Made by a program: the position numbers and the translations under genes. Under the pieces are notes generated by a model. It was not told the DNA's origin and searched no databases. It saw only the letters and a program-made list of their open reading frames with translations. A DNA stretch of 64,000 nt from Phoronis australis. Taxonomy: Eukaryota > Animalia > Phoronida. This document shows, piece by piece, positions 1 through 14,060 of this stretch (positions are counted from its first letter, which is position 1; every line of letters starts with the position of its first letter). The stretch lies in assembly GCA_002633005.1 (NCBI GenBank), contig NMRA01000728.1, positions 114,216 through 178,215 on the forward strand. The letters run 5' to 3'.

Positions 1-381
1 CACTTTAGCCATACGTTTTGGATTCTTAATTCAAACTGGGACATTAGGTGCCATGGCAAAACATTTCCACAGACACTGCCAAAAAATCAGTACAGTTGAA
101 ACTACACTCACGCGTATTTGAGTTGCTTCGTAAAATTGCTATTGAAACCAGATTGATGCTTTATGACAGGTTATTTACATCCAGTAAAGACTTTGTCCAA
201 ACTCTTGATAAGTTTGATTAGCCGTGTCTGGGTATTTGGGTATGACTCACCCGTCCGCATTACCTAATGACTCACGTCACGTTACGTAGTGATTCACCTG
301 TACGCGGTAACTCATGACTCAGATCCAAGAATAACGTACCAGTACCCTTCTTCGTTTCACTCAAAAGTCTCGAAAAAAGAG

Positions 382-543
382 CAGTGGCGTATTTAGAGAG
401 GGGCGATGGTGCCTCCCTAAAATTCTCTCATATTCCATTTGGCAGTTCGGGTGTGCGAATGTTCGGACGGGCAAAATCCTGGTTTATACTTTGCCCTTGC
501 CCCCCTGCCCCCTCCTCACCTCAAAATCCTGGATTCGCTCCTG
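382..543. mobile_element. Short MITE remnant with a CAGTGGCG terminus
   Basis: cagtggcgtatttag ... ctggattcgctcctg imperfect TIRs with G-rich and C-rich subterminal arms. Confidence 0.55.
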
Positions 544-1238
544 CAGCGTACCCACCGGTACGATTGACATCAGATTGCACTGCGACCGATGAACATTTCA
601 AAAGCCACCTGATTATCACATGAAATTGTAGTGTCGTCATCGCAGCCCGCGAAAGCAGTTCAATGCAATTATAGCCAATACAAATCATGTTCTGATGCTA
701 AATCACTTACTTTCTTTACTGAAATGGTTCTTTATTCAAAGCACCGTCGTTCGAATTGAATTTCGTTATACTAAAGCGTGTGGAATTCCCCAAACGGTCA
801 AAATGAGTTGACTAACCCGCCGTGACAGGTATCTTAGCTAATGGGTTGTTGTGACGCAATAACAACCTGTCAGTTGTTCCCAAGTCTGGAAATCATTTTC
901 TAGTCTGAGTAAGGAACACGTTGAAGCCGATTTTATATCAGTACCTAATCAGAAGTTGTTTTTGACAGAAGATGTTTATTTATTGCCCTCTGGAGCCGTT
1001 CAAACTATATGTTCAGCTGCAAAAGAATCAATATTTCTTCCAAGATTATTTGTTTTTTCCAAAATTGGGAACCACACTGCTTTCTAGTCCAAAGCAACCA
1101 ACCGGATAACCACGGTTATTTTCATAGCTTCAAATTACCCCTTGGAGATGAGCTTTTGTTTGCTCATGTGCAAATTTCAGTCATATGACTTGACTTATAG
1201 TCAATTTATTGTAATCCAAAAATATAATCGAGTTCCTG

Positions 1239-1638
1239 GGCTCGGTCTCTATTCTTTGTACTCGAAACGAACTCGAAACCATCTTTGGCAATTTCTCTGC
1301 TCCTTTTGTGCGAACTTAAGATAATTGGTTATCAGACTGTGCTCGAATACATTATAGTTTATGCATAGGAGTTTCTAGTTCAAGTTTGCTCTTGAAGACA
1401 CTTATATTCGTGCTACAAACTCGAGTAAAAACTCGAAATTTCGAGTTCAAACTCGAACTTATTGCTTTAATATTGGGTTTACAAACTCTGAACGAAGGAC
1501 AATAAATTATCTACGTAAGTTATTGTGTACTCGAGCATAGAATAATAGACACTTATCTTGATTTCGCCCAAAAGTAGAGTAGAAAATGCCAAACCTAATT
1601 TCGAGTTCCATTTCGAGTAAAAGATTGGAGACCGGGCC
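1239..1638. mobile_element. About 400-bp MITE, PIF/Harbinger-like, copy 1
   Basis: TIRs ggctcggtctc / gagaccgggcc, flanked by CTG on both sides (3-bp CWG TSD); three near-identical copies in the window. Confidence 0.85.
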
Positions 1639-2631
1639 CTGGTTGTATTGACTTCCGTACTTAAAATCACGTGAGTTGACTTGCAATACTTGGTAGCTGT
1701 CTCGGATTTCTATGCTCGTAGGGCTAGAGAAATCTGGCCAAATTCACGTAATCGCGCCAATATCTCGCGAAGTCTTACTTTTCTAGCGAGGTTCTAGCGT
1801 TTTCGAACTCTACACAGGTCTCGTTATTTTAGTATTTGAAAGGGGTTTATAGTCATAAAATGTCATTTGTTTGTGTTTTTAGTTATTATTCTATACATGA
1901 TGAATTATCCTAAGCATACAGGACGGTGATGATAAACACAAGTACATACACACAAATGTTTCGGTTAGAACCGTCGTCATTGTTGACAGGCAGAAGCATT
2001 GGAGACACCAAATATTATTGGCAAATGAAGTTAACGAGCAACTCCATGAACTTGGAATGAAGCAAAGATAGAAACAAACTAGTTCTAATTTGAATGAAAA
2101 TCAAGATAAGACTGCAGTTTCAGTGGTCTTCGTCAAAAACTGTTTATGACAGAAGGCAAAGTTTTATCGCCCCTTCTAAGTGGGTTGTTTTATTGACGGG
2201 TGATTACTTCTTTTTCTAAATTATGGGCAGCAGTGTAATCATTCTGATACTCAAACATCCGACAGTCTTAAGTGAGAATGGGACAAAGTTTAATCACTAA
2301 ACTACGAGTTTTCCCAGACTGTTCATAAAAACCTCCGCTTNTATTCGCGTACATGCACGTCCTATTGGCACTCATGCTCAACAGGACGCAACGCGTTAGA
2401 CTACAGATGGCGCTGTGGTTCGAAAGGCTGAGTATCGGCACAAATATTGTTTGTCAGAAATATTTTTTTTTTACAAATATTGTTTTGACTGCTTTTAAGA
2501 TGCCAAATCAAACATTGATAGCTTTTCGATAAACTCCCAGCTTGTATCAGAGCCATTATCTACACCTGTTTCCCTGTGTCCTACGCCGCTGAGTTGTTCC
2601 TCTGCGACTACTTTTGTCTGCTCTGTCAAGG

Positions 2632-5600
2632 TCACGCTTCAACTCTCTTGAACACAAAGGTTCCAGGCTGGTCCTTACAGGTGAATGTCTACAAAACACG
2701 ATAAAGATTCGATCAAGTTTGAAAACGCTGTTTTTATCAACTGGAGGTTTAATCCTACAACTATCCTCGGATCTCCGTGATAGTTCCTAAACTTACAGCG
2801 AAGTTTTTGAAAGTTTAAAGGTCGATGACATGATACAGACACGCATAGAAAGTTGTGTGGTTTGTTCCGAAATCCACAAAGTACGTTTACATCTCGAGAG
2901 CTTTCGAGAGGTGAAGATGTGGTAGGTAATTTGAGGAGGCAATGCCCAGTTCTTACTGGGTTTTTACAATCCACCCATTACTCCGACTTACTGTCTTTAT
3001 TCCACTCTGTCGAATTTTATCGAACAAAGTGAAAAGTTGTGATGAGTCGCTGGGCATGCAAGCTGCTACAAATGACCACTAAAACTTTCTTTTTGTCTCC
3101 TATTTTTGCCCCTTTCACTTCCACCGAAAAACATAACAAGGCCCCGAAAGAAGGTGTAAAAAATTCGCAAAATTGGAAATTTCATCTCCAGTCTATCACT
3201 TCCTTACTAGTGATAGACTAAGCCAACATTTAGCTTAGATAGTGAATTTCCTACACATTCCAAAAATATGGTTCAAAAGTGCGGCCATTCAATTAGGTTT
3301 TTTGAAATTATGGGTTGCCTGGGAGCTACTTTAATTCGCAAAGACTTGTCAGTTGTCACGCAGCCATGTAGGAACGCTACAAGAGGTCATTTAAAGTAAA
3401 GTGTATCTACAGGCGAACTAGTGAAGTTTTCTCATTCCCCGCATGTTCACTAATACAAGCAAACCAGATTCACTGAACATACTAGTCATCCCTACGTCAA
3501 ATATTTAATTTCTAAGCATTGCAAATTGTCACGGCTACAGGGTGCCACCTGGCGGCTGATTTCCAATAATGCACATTTAGAGACCTCTATTGGGTATCCA
3601 AGAACCATTCTTTGGTGTGATACTCGGACTAGACTCAGGCTCAGACTAAAAGCTTAACCAATCACGCAGCATAATTCGAGTATAAATTTTGTAAGCTTAC
3701 TCGATGTGTGCCATGCAGGTGACCAAATTTCAAGTTGAGTTTCTAGCTCATAGATTAAACCTGGGACCTGGAGTACGTTTCATGAAAAAGTGACTTAAGA
3801 TTTAAGATAAGAACTTAGTCTTACGCTACCTCTACATTACTGATGAATAAAGGTAATTAGCCCCGTAACTACAGGCTAGGTCTAATGAGACTGTGCATTT
3901 CCCTTACTCAAGGATTAATTAATTTTCAGAAATATTTGTATGGAGCGTAAAGACCAAATTTCCGACTTGAGTCTTGAGTCACTTTTGAAACATAGTCCCC
4001 TGGTGAGCGATGTGACACACACCAATAGCACGCACTTTTGACGTCATTCAATATTTATTTATCAGTCAGAAGAAATGTTGCCACAGCAAATTTCTGAGAG
4101 CAAACCTCACGGCGTACATTCAGAAACTACATTTTTTAATGTTGAATTACCCCTAACGCATTTTATTAACACGTATTTTATCAACAGCTGGTGAGCCAAA
4201 CAGTCTTAAATGTAGTCTGAGAAGCAGACTCACGCATTTACTGTTCGTGAGAACATTCTCAAACCATGAATAAAAACTGGCTTTGCCTCTAAAATTAGTC
4301 TTACGTGTTGACTCACAAGACAACATAAAAAAATTTCCGAATTTTAATACATACATGGACGTATAGTTATGAAGTTTTGTTTGCAGAAATTCCCAGTATA
4401 TACCCAACTCACATGTGTCAAAGTGTCGCCATTGACCACCTTGGTAATTTCTAGAATAATTTTCCCATAATCGAGCACCTCTTTCCAGGTATAGTCGTTT
4501 ATCTTCGTGACTTGAACTTTGACCTAAAACGGCAAATTGTATATAAATTCAGACATTAAATGGGTTAAAATCAGCCCTCCGTTGTGTACACGGACTACAG
4601 TTCACATGCGTGATAGGCTTTGCATTTATTTCATATATTTTTTCTAATTCGTCTTTTGGCTGCAATGTTGTTGGTACAACACGGGAAAATCGAAAATTGA
4701 AATTTTAATTTTAAATGGTCTTCATTTCGAATAAAAAATGTAATATGTGGAAAGGACGCCGAGATTCGTCAAAACTGGTGTGTACCACGTTTTCTTTTAT
4801 GCAGTAGTTAAAGATGCTATTCCCACTTCATTTCAGTCAAAAGTTTCATCAAATGGATTTTAACGCAAGCTCGGGCAGCAGAAACTTGAGCCCAAATATC
4901 CCTCATTCAACACAACTACAAATACTTTCAAACTTAACCGAATTTAACATGAACGTTTACTTCATTTTTTGTTGGTGCACCTCCACCTAAAGTGGCCGCT
5001 GCAAAGAGTGATAGCTGACTCGTGCCGTGGTTACTCACTCCCTTCCGTCATCTTTATGAGGCTACCCTGGAAATCCTGTTCACGTTTTAAAAGAAACTTT
5101 GAAAAACTAATAGCAAAATAAGAAAAACACAAAGAGGGCTGAAAGTTGCGAAATGTTTGTATTTTAGTGATATCTTTCAACTGACGAAACACCTCATGTG
5201 TTCTAAATTGGTAATTGTAAAGAAAAGGGTATTTTTAACTTACTGAAACGGAATATGCATCTTATGACCCCGCTTTATCAAAATGTGTATCCCACAAGTC
5301 TCTAGTCGCAAAAAGATCAATGGAAGCTAAACCACATTTACGTCAACAGCAATGTTTCCAAAATGCAGCGTCACCTTCGCAATAGCGAGCTTACGACAGT
5401 CTTAGCTGCGACCTGACATAACTTTTGATTAAACGGATCCTACACCAACGTGGACAACACTACCAAGTTTGGATTTTTTAATCTTTTAAAACAGTTACCT
5501 CCGCCTCAGTGCCATCTGGGTACTTGAATTTGGACGTGGTTTCACTTTTTTCCTCTGTCAAGTTCAACTCCAGTTCAGACGTGTTCAAGATGTCGACCGT

Positions 5601-5903
5601 CCGGACTTTGTATTTATCGTCTGCAACTTTCGTGTACGTCACTTCCGGCTTAGCTGTCTTGATTTCTTGCCATTTTTCAAGAGGGAAAGCTGGGAACCAA
5701 GGAAATTACTTTTGTATAAAATAAAAAACATATTGAAATCGCGCAAGATGGTTTGCACTAAACAAGTAATATTTATTGCCAGTATGCAGTGATATTTTGC
5801 CTAGTGCTATCACACGAAACTCGTACTTACACAAACTTTCAGCAATCGCTTCGTCGTTCGTTGATGATTCGAATCTCCACGTTCCAGCAAAGACGGCAGC
5901 CAT
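2632..5903 (-). CDS. Fatty acid-binding protein / intracellular lipid-binding protein, copy A (4 exons, 143 aa)
   Basis: Exons on minus strand: 5903-5831 (73 nt), 5689-5499 (191), 4523-4413 (111), 2688-2632 (57 incl. TGA). All introns GT-AG, phases 1/0/0. Protein MAAVFAGTWRFESSTNDEAIAESLSFPLEKWQEIKTAKPEVTYTKVADDKYKVRTVDILNTSELELNLTEEKSETTSKFKYPDGTEAEVKVQVTKINDYTWKEVLDYGKIILEITKVVNGDTLTHTFTCKDQPGTFVFKRVEA. The F-x-G-T-W calycin motif, 73-nt first exon, 3-intron layout and C-terminal FKR are established iLBP hallmarks. Confidence 0.9.
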
Positions 5904-5964
5904 GATTTTTAATGAACTGCAACTTGAACACTCAAATTTCAGAAGACGGGCAGGTGACAACAGA

Positions 5965-5972
5965 TATATATA
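5965..5972 (-). promoter_or_regulatory. TATA box of FABP copy A
   Basis: TATATATA about 62 bp upstream of the ATG at 5903, consistent with a short 5' UTR (inference). Confidence 0.6.
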
Positions 5973-8133
5973 CCACTTTGAATAGATTATCAATCAGCTA
6001 AGCTGTTCACAATTGAAAATCGGATTTTTAAGATTGCATATTGCATTAAGTTGTGATTAACCGATTTTAAATAACAGCCACTGACTCTTATAACGCACTT
6101 GGTGATCCTACAAAGTGTGATTCACGGCCGAAAATGACCAGTGACCATAACGAGCTTTCCAAGTTTATCCAAGCACACCATGATTCTAGTTTTTTTGAAT
6201 TTCTTCATTTGCCCTTCTGCATTGTCTCGTTATACGTTTACATTTTAGTGTATAGTTTGTTATGTAAGCCAACAACGGCATATGCCACTGGAAACATTTC
6301 GTTCTACAGTGCCATGACCAAATATTCTCAGTTAAAGACATCCCCGGCGTCGCAGCGTAAATTTCAAACTGGAATAAACCAGGATAACGTCGATAAATCT
6401 TCCTGTTTTATCAATCACTGAACTCAACTCTGTTATTTTTTTATCATGCATAATCATTAGGAACACTTTCTCGCTTAATTACAAAAAACGAAAGTTCCGC
6501 TTAAGTTCGCAAACATGCACTAAACACTTCAACGAGATAATTTGAGGCTTCGAAAAATGTGCGAAGTGTTCCGGATGATAATAAGATATCAATATTCTCC
6601 AGACTACAAACATGTGCATGATGATGGCGTACGGAAACGGATGAATATTGTAATTATAGCGCTTTTCAAAGATGGCGTTGCCAAGGGCTTCAAAGCCGAA
6701 AGAAGAATTAATTTTCACGTTTCGATATAAAATTTCAAGTTGTTCCTTTTAAGACTCAAGCGGTGCGTGTGCTGAGAAGATGTACAATAGCAATCAGTCA
6801 TTCTTTGAGACACGGAATACGTTGATAGATACGTGTTTAGAGAAGACGACTACATAGCAGCCTCATGAAACGTCCAAATGGCGTTCGACCAAAAGGTCGA
6901 CCAGACGACAGATGTCGTCTCATCGTCCGACCCTAATCAGTCGCTTCGCTGTCAAGCTTCTTTCCTTGAGAACTAGTTACATTGACGTGATTTGTGAGCG
7001 TTGGTTCTGTTTGTTATAACACGTGATTCACGAGAATATTAACATCATACGTGCGTTAACGCTATGTTAATTACTCGCCAGGCGGCAGGAAGGATGTTTT
7101 GGTGAACGCTCACGTCTATGACCAAAAAGTATAGTTTGTTTTGGTCCTCGCCCCCACTCATTTCGAAACGTGAGCTTTATTTTTTAAAATTATCCTAGCT
7201 GAGTTGTCGGTCTTTTTCCGAGTCACACTAACGCTTATAATTTAGGCTTACGCGACGTGCCCTGGCAAGTCACCCACAATCGCCTTGTTATTGGACTTCA
7301 TTGACTAAACAGTATGCTACGGCAACTGTGAACGTGCATCAGCGTCGGTGCCACTCAAGGAAACTGATCATGGTTATAACATACCTCATATCATAATATA
7401 TATGTAAGAAATGTGTTGTAACTGCCTTCGACTCCTTACACTCCTAATGTGCATGCCTAGAAGCACAAAAATATCGGCGAGCGCGCACTGGCGTAGTGCG
7501 AGTACAACCAAAGGAGTATTGTTCACTTTTGGTTCTGTGTACTTAGGGTCGAGTTCAATCACGCTAGAAACTCTGTAGGAAAGGAAGATATCACAATATT
7601 CCCCGAGATATGTGGCCGACTTTCAATAAAAACACGAGATTTTGGCTAAATTTTCTTGCCGCGAGTCAGCTATTGAGTTGTTTCCATGTTCGCATCTGTA
7701 AAATTACTCGCACTGATGGGTGAGTGGACGCGACTTCTGTGTTTGGATCCAGAAGTTAAAGTGAAATTGTGTTTCGATTTTTTACGCTTGCCGGATCATC
7801 AACTAAGCTACAGCTCAGGGCCTGTCACACAACACGATCGGCTCTGCCAACATCTGCAGCCAAAGACAAGATAGCTACTAATTAGACCATGACAAGAACT
7901 GTTACCCAGTAGACATCAACATGGAATTAAAAGTAAATGAGAATTATTGCTCCCTTGTTGGGAGAACCAGACGTTTTTTTAATTCAAAATTATGGACAAC
8001 CATCATTTGTTTTTATCAATGCGATCGTAAGCTGCGTTCCATTAAATGAAAGCCAATGATCATTTTAGGTTTTGAAAACACACCTACACATACACACGCG
8101 CTCGGACGCACCCACCCATGCAAACGCACCCGA

Positions 8134-9178
8134 ACACAGAGATACATACGCACACGCACACACGCACGCACACACACACACTTTTTAGCGGTGACATGTT
8201 GGTGGCGCAGGGGTAAAGTAGTGTTTTGTGGACATGAAGATCCTGGGAATGAATCACGATGGTCTTCCACTACTTCACAAAAATGTTATAAGGGATTTAA
8301 ATTTGGTTACCATATGAGCGGTCAGTTTTGCGTATTGTCAACACCGACATGCTGGCCGTCGTTTGTATAACTACATAATCTATCCGAATTATATAACAAA
8401 GTGAGTTATTTTAAGTATTGCTATAAGCAGTATAATACGAAGATAAGTATACAGGCTGTAGGTGAATGTGTTTGCATTAGTGCCGCGCATCTACAAAGAA
8501 GTAACACCAGCGTCATGTATACGCGTAAAGTTAGTTTATAAGGGAGTTGCTGTTGCCGAAGATGGAGTTAAAAGTAAAGAACAGTTATTGTGTTTAGAGG
8601 GTACCAATCAGTGCTCTAGTTGGAGGGCCAGTCTCCATTGCTAAATTACTCGACNACACAGAGATACATACGCACACGCACACACGCACGCACACACACA
8701 CACACTTTTTAGCGGTGACATGTTGGTAGCGCAGGGGTAAAGTAGTGTTTTGTGGACATGAAGATCCTGGGAATGAATCACGATGGTCTTCCATTACTTC
8801 ACAAAAATGTTATAAGGGATTTAAATTTGGTTACCATATGAGCGGTCAGTTTTGCGTATTGTCAACACCGACATGCTGGCCGTCGTTTGTATAACTAGAT
8901 AATCTATCCGAATTATATAACAAAGTGAATTATTTTAAGTATTGCTATGAGCAGTATAATACGAAGATAAGTATACAGGCTGTAGGTGAATGTGTTTGCA
9001 TTAGTGCCGCGCATCTACAAAGAAGTAACACCAGCGTCATGTATACGCGTAAAGTTAGTTTATAAGGGAGTTGCTGTTGCCGAAGATGGAGTTAAAAGTA
9101 AAGAACAGTTATTGTGTTTAGAGGGTACCAATCAGTGCTCTAGTTGGAGGGCCAGTCTCCATTGCTAAATTACTCGAC
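8134..9178. repeat. About 522-bp direct duplication across an N gap (probable assembly overlap)
   Basis: 8134-8654 and 8656-9178 are nearly identical (about 5 SNPs plus microsatellite differences) and are separated exactly by the N at 8655. Confidence 0.9.
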
Positions 9179-10847
9179 GTCATTTTATAACCTATAAGAA
9201 GCCAGAATAGATCGGAACTGTCAAGTCTGTTAGAAAATAGTCCAGTTACAAACATCCCTACTTGCAAGTAATAAATTGCGGAATGAGTTTCAAGGAGCCT
9301 AGATATCTACTCGCACGCACACCTCGAGCGTTCCTACAACTTGCGCCATTTCGCATCAGTTTCATTTCGGTGAAAACTGTTCTATTATGGGTTTGAAGGA
9401 CAGAGAGCATTTTGGGTAAATACCAGCGGCTTTCTGCCGGACAGTAAAGAGAGTTTCATGGAAATAGAATAGGCACAGTACATCCTGCTCATGTAGGCGT
9501 TTTATGCGGTTGGAACACACATTTCATGGCGCTGTCTGCCTTAGCTACGTTGTTTTTATAAAATGGGATTCAAAAGTGTTCTAATTGAATGACGTGGAGG
9601 AGTACAAACCTGACAAGGTTCGGTAGCTAAGAGATAAAGAACACTTACTCGTTGAAAATTGGTTTATGAATCATGACATCTCTTTGTCTTTTTTTGTTTA
9701 GCGGTAAAAATGTGATCAGAACCTGATTGTCGTATTATACTTGGACGTCATATTCTTATAACATTTTCCTTAAATTTAACTGAATATTAGCACAATGCAG
9801 GGGTTGAAAGCAAGCGAAAGCCACCTTTATGCATCAAAAGTAGGTCACGACTAAAAAACTTGGATTTTCTCAATCAAAAACACAAGTAAATCAGTTTCCT
9901 GGTATTTGTTTTCAACAAATTCCTCGAACAACCAGCCAAACCTGACATACGCCCTGCACTTATAAATTCTAGGGACTAGAAAATGCCCCGTGGCTGCTGC
10001 CTAACTGTTAAGTGCTACCTAACCATTGCCCTTGCCAAGATCCTTTCTAGAATCTTCCACGAGATGGCTCTGTCGTACAATTTCCTCGGTACACTGTATT
10101 AAGTCTCTATGCATCAACTACTGTAGCTCATCTGAATTTCTTTTTGTTTTAAGCTCATAATATTCTACTTATTTAGTGATTGGTTAATAAAAAACCACAT
10201 GGTCATATTCAATCATATCATTGGCTGTTACAGTTTGTTCTCAGAATTTTCTAGAATCTCTAGAGTACTTCGACCACAGAACCCAAAGTTGTAAGCACTA
10301 TTTAAAAATAGATTTTGACGTTAAAGTACATGTCAACAAGTTTGACCCCATGATTTAAAAGTACATATGCATGCACAAATTTTGGGCAACTTAAAATGGA
10401 TCTATTCTTACCAATTGCTTAATAAACATTTATTCTGACATCTACTGTGTTCCAGTGTTCTGGAGACAAAATCCTTACCATGGATGCGGGATGCTGCCGT
10501 TCGCCCAATACTAGCCGTAGATTCACATTACTAGGGTCATGTGCAGTGCAGTTAAATAATTTGAAGGGGGAGACGCCATGTAAACAACTCAGTGCTAGGC
10601 TCCAAGAACCAGGGAAAGAATGCTTTCCGCAACCAGTTGGTGAAGAATGTGACTGAGGCTTTTAAATTTGGTGACGATTGAGCCATGGTTGGTGTTTGAA
10701 AGCGAAACTTTTGCCCCTTCGTCTGTGATGTGAATCAGGTAAAGATTGTGGAATTATAAATCGAACTAAAGGGAGTAAGAAGTTGGTGCCAAAGTTTTCC
10801 ACGACGTCGAGATGAAAATTGCAAAATGATGGCCAACAAAGTGGATT

Positions 10848-11700
10848 AAAGCTCGCCTGGTCTCCAGCTACAGCACCACAGCCCTCGTACTGCTATTCTG
10901 TTTATAATCTACAAAGTATCAACTTACCAACCCCTTGTTGTCACTAGTAGTACAAATAGAAATAGTAAACATTGGAACTTGACACCCAACCACAAGCCGT
11001 CAGCTGCCAGGCCTATTATTCTGTACACTCAATAAATTAATTTTGTGAAATATTTGAAGACTTTTGGTTAGAAAATACAAAAATAACACAAAAAACAGGG
11101 TAGGACATAACATCGAATTTTTTTCTGCACCCAATACTTATGATTTTAGAAAATAACCAGTTGATGTGAAGGCGGTGTATGTTAATTTCGTAACAGTTGA
11201 TATAATATTTGGACAGCTATGCAATCATGAGGAAAGCTCCCCTGGTCTCCAGCTACAGCTCCACGGCTCTCGTACTGCTGTTCTGTTTATATCCTAGAAA
11301 GTATCAACTTACCAACACCCTGTTGTCACTAGTAGTAGAAATAGTAAACACTGGAACTTGACAACCAGCCACAAGCCGTTGGCTGATAGGGCCTATTATT
11401 CTGTACACTAGATAAATTATTTTTATGAACTATTTCAAGACTTTTCGTTAGAAGAAACCAGAACAGCACAAAAAACAGGGTATGACATAACATCATGTTT
11501 TTTCTACACCCAATACTTATGATTTTACAAAGTGACCAATTGATATGAAGGCGGTGTATTAATACAAAAGTTGTAGTAATTGTCAATAAATACCCTGTTG
11601 TTTTATTTCAAACATTTTAAAATTAGTTTCGTTCCTACACTGTTTAGAACTTGATGTTACTTTCGTAACAGTGGATATAATATTTTGACAGCTATGTAAT
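10848..11700. repeat. Diverged tandem duplication (about 380-bp and 470-bp units)
   Basis: aaagctcgcctggtctccagctacagc at 10848 and its variant at 11233; both end in gacagctatg(c/t)aat (11225, 11700). Confidence 0.85.
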
Positions 11701-13818
11701 ATACTACGAACTATTTTACTTGAGCAATGATACTATATTAGCATGGGTAAGTTGGTTTTGTTTGGTCACTAGTGTCATTCATGAAATGAATAATATAGAG
11801 TAGGACAAGAAACAAAATAATGGCAGAATAGTTGGTGGCAGTTGCTAAGCTGTCGACGAATGTGGACAATAGACCAACGGAATTATTGTATGAATTCCAA
11901 ATGGTGACTTAATCGTCGGATGATTCCCGGTTAGCCCGGTCAAAACATGAAACAGTTGGTAGAAGCCGAATCATGAAACGATTGCTAGCAAACCAACAAA
12001 AATGAGCGAGGTAGGATAATATACTTGAAAAAACTTCTGTCTGAGGCAGAAGGCTCGTCACACACAGAAGAGGATCAGACGTACTCGTTAAAATTGTGGT
12101 TCTGTAATCGCAAAAAGTAACCCAAAATGAGGTACACGCGATGATAATAGGAAAACGTGGCAAAATGCGAAAGAATTTACCATCTCTCACTAAGTCCAGA
12201 TCAAATATAAAATCGTACTTGTGTTCGATTCTCATGAGAGCATTACAGCAAGTTCAAGTATATATCCTTACCATGGACTTAAAAGTGGCAATCCCAGGCA
12301 GTCTGCAAAAGTTGAACTCTGCTATTTTTCGTAAAGAACTTTCTATCAATAAAAAAACAATTTGGTTGAGGTAAAAAACCCATTTAGTCCGTAAAATTAA
12401 AACGGACTAAACAGAAAAGAAAGATCAAAATTTTAAAAACAACGCTTTACCAATGTTTTCATATATTTGGGAACAAAAAAACTATTTAATAAGCTAGAGA
12501 TGTCATTTAAAATCTTATTATTGAAGAAAAAGAAGAATACCCTTCTCTATGTGAAACGTGAACCAATCAGATTATCCACTCATAAAAATAAGCCCCTGAA
12601 GACAGAGCCAGAATATTCTCATTAACATCTAACTTGTGCAGTACAACCGTGTAATATTGTTATAACTTTTAACTTGTTTGAGTTTGTTTTTGGTCAATTG
12701 ATCTTCGTGTCATCAATCTAAAATCCCTCGGACATATGTTGCTGCCAGGGATAACGTTTTTCAAATTATCGTTGTTGTTACTAGGTTGTTTCTTTATTGA
12801 ATGCTGTCATGAAATCAATGTTAGTTTTGAAATTACTTTTAAGGTAGCACGTAGCAAAGTACTATTAAGCTAACAGATTTTAGACGGTAATTGTCTGTGT
12901 CAACTTGTTTTGTTTAATATGAGCAACTTCTATGTCCCTTCCAGTATTCACACGATGTTTTGTTTATTTCTATAGTAAACATGCTGACGTGCAGTTCATT
13001 CATATAGCATTGCAAGAGAAAAGATGGTCTTTAACACATGTGGCAGAAAAAGTGGTACAATGTAGCTGCTTTCTGTATGATTTCGCAGGAGTGATTTCGG
13101 TTAACATACAACAGAATGAAAAAATGATGACCGTTACCTCAACAGGAATATCGGAGCTTACAATCTCCAGCTGTGGTGATTGGTCTTGTCCTGTTCCAAG
13201 GATATTTCCATGTACTGGCTTTCGGGGACCCAAATCAGACTTAAATTAAATATGAGCAGAATTTGACTGCTCGAAGGCGAACACATTTCCTTTATATGTG
13301 AGCGATACTAAGATGTTTTATAATGTCTTTTAAAAGCATTTACACGTTAGGAAAAATATCGTTGTTAACTTCCTGTGGTTGAAAATATTCTTATACATGT
13401 AACTGCTAAAAATTCATTCAGTGAATGAATGTGCTTGTTTAGCAAACCAAGTGAAAATCTATAAATAATTCCGATATTCGTGTGGCCTTCTGAACATCCA
13501 TTGATTGTCCTAAAACAGATATCTGTGTATACAACAGTTTATAAGTGTTTGTATGTGGTTCCTACTCTAAGTCACATTGTTATGTTCATTTCTGCACCAC
13601 TATACTTCTGAATGAATGATTATTGTTCTTCTGGATCCATGTTGTTTTAGTTAGTCTCAGAAGGTCTGCTGGATGTTAACAATGTATTCAGTTCCACCAA
13701 TTTTGATTCTAATTTTCTCTCATTAGATGTTTGTCAGTCTTTATTGCATAAACAGGTCGTGATGAAGAAAAATATTTGTTTTTTTTTTTTATTTTACATA
13801 ACCTTAGTTGGGACTGAG

Positions 13819-14060
13819 CAGTGGCAGATCTACGTTTTTAGTAAGGGGAGCGGGGTGTTAGGATTTGCGCGAATATGAAGCGCGTAGCTCCGAGCGGACG
13901 GAAAGTCGGGAAGGTGTTTCTCCCCACCCGTGTAAGATTTTTCTGTTTTTTAATATCTGATTTCGTTTTCCTGGCAACAGTTTTTTAATCTTTTATTTTT
14001 AATCGTGTACCTAGGGGGGTTGAACCCCATGAACCCCCCTCCCTCGTAGATGCGCCTCTG
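13819..14060 (+). mobile_element. About 240-bp MITE with CAGTGGC-type termini
   Basis: cagtggcagatctacg ... cgtagatgcgcctctg inverted termini; an inverted homologue lies at 16351-16593. Confidence 0.75.

Larger units (their letters stand above)
2034..9798 (+). repeat. Segmental duplication, copy A (contains FABP-A)
   Basis: Begins acgagcaactcc (matches 18331) and ends gcacaatgc (matches 33220). 2342 onward matches about 20008 onward; 8833-9798 matches 32258-33220. Confidence 0.9.

Noticed and set aside
4990-5067. Possible extra FABP exon in intron 2
   Set aside because: Exons 2 and 3 already join in frame into a complete iLBP, and the segment has no family similarity.
5509-5724. Plus-strand 71-aa ORF repeated at 23077
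   Set aside because: It is the antisense shadow of FABP exon 2.
8134-9178. Biological tandem duplication or duplicated 60-aa ORFs (8462, 8986)
   Set aside because: The junction is exactly an N and the copies look like overlapping contig ends from two haplotypes. The ORF start is disrupted in the third copy near 32410.
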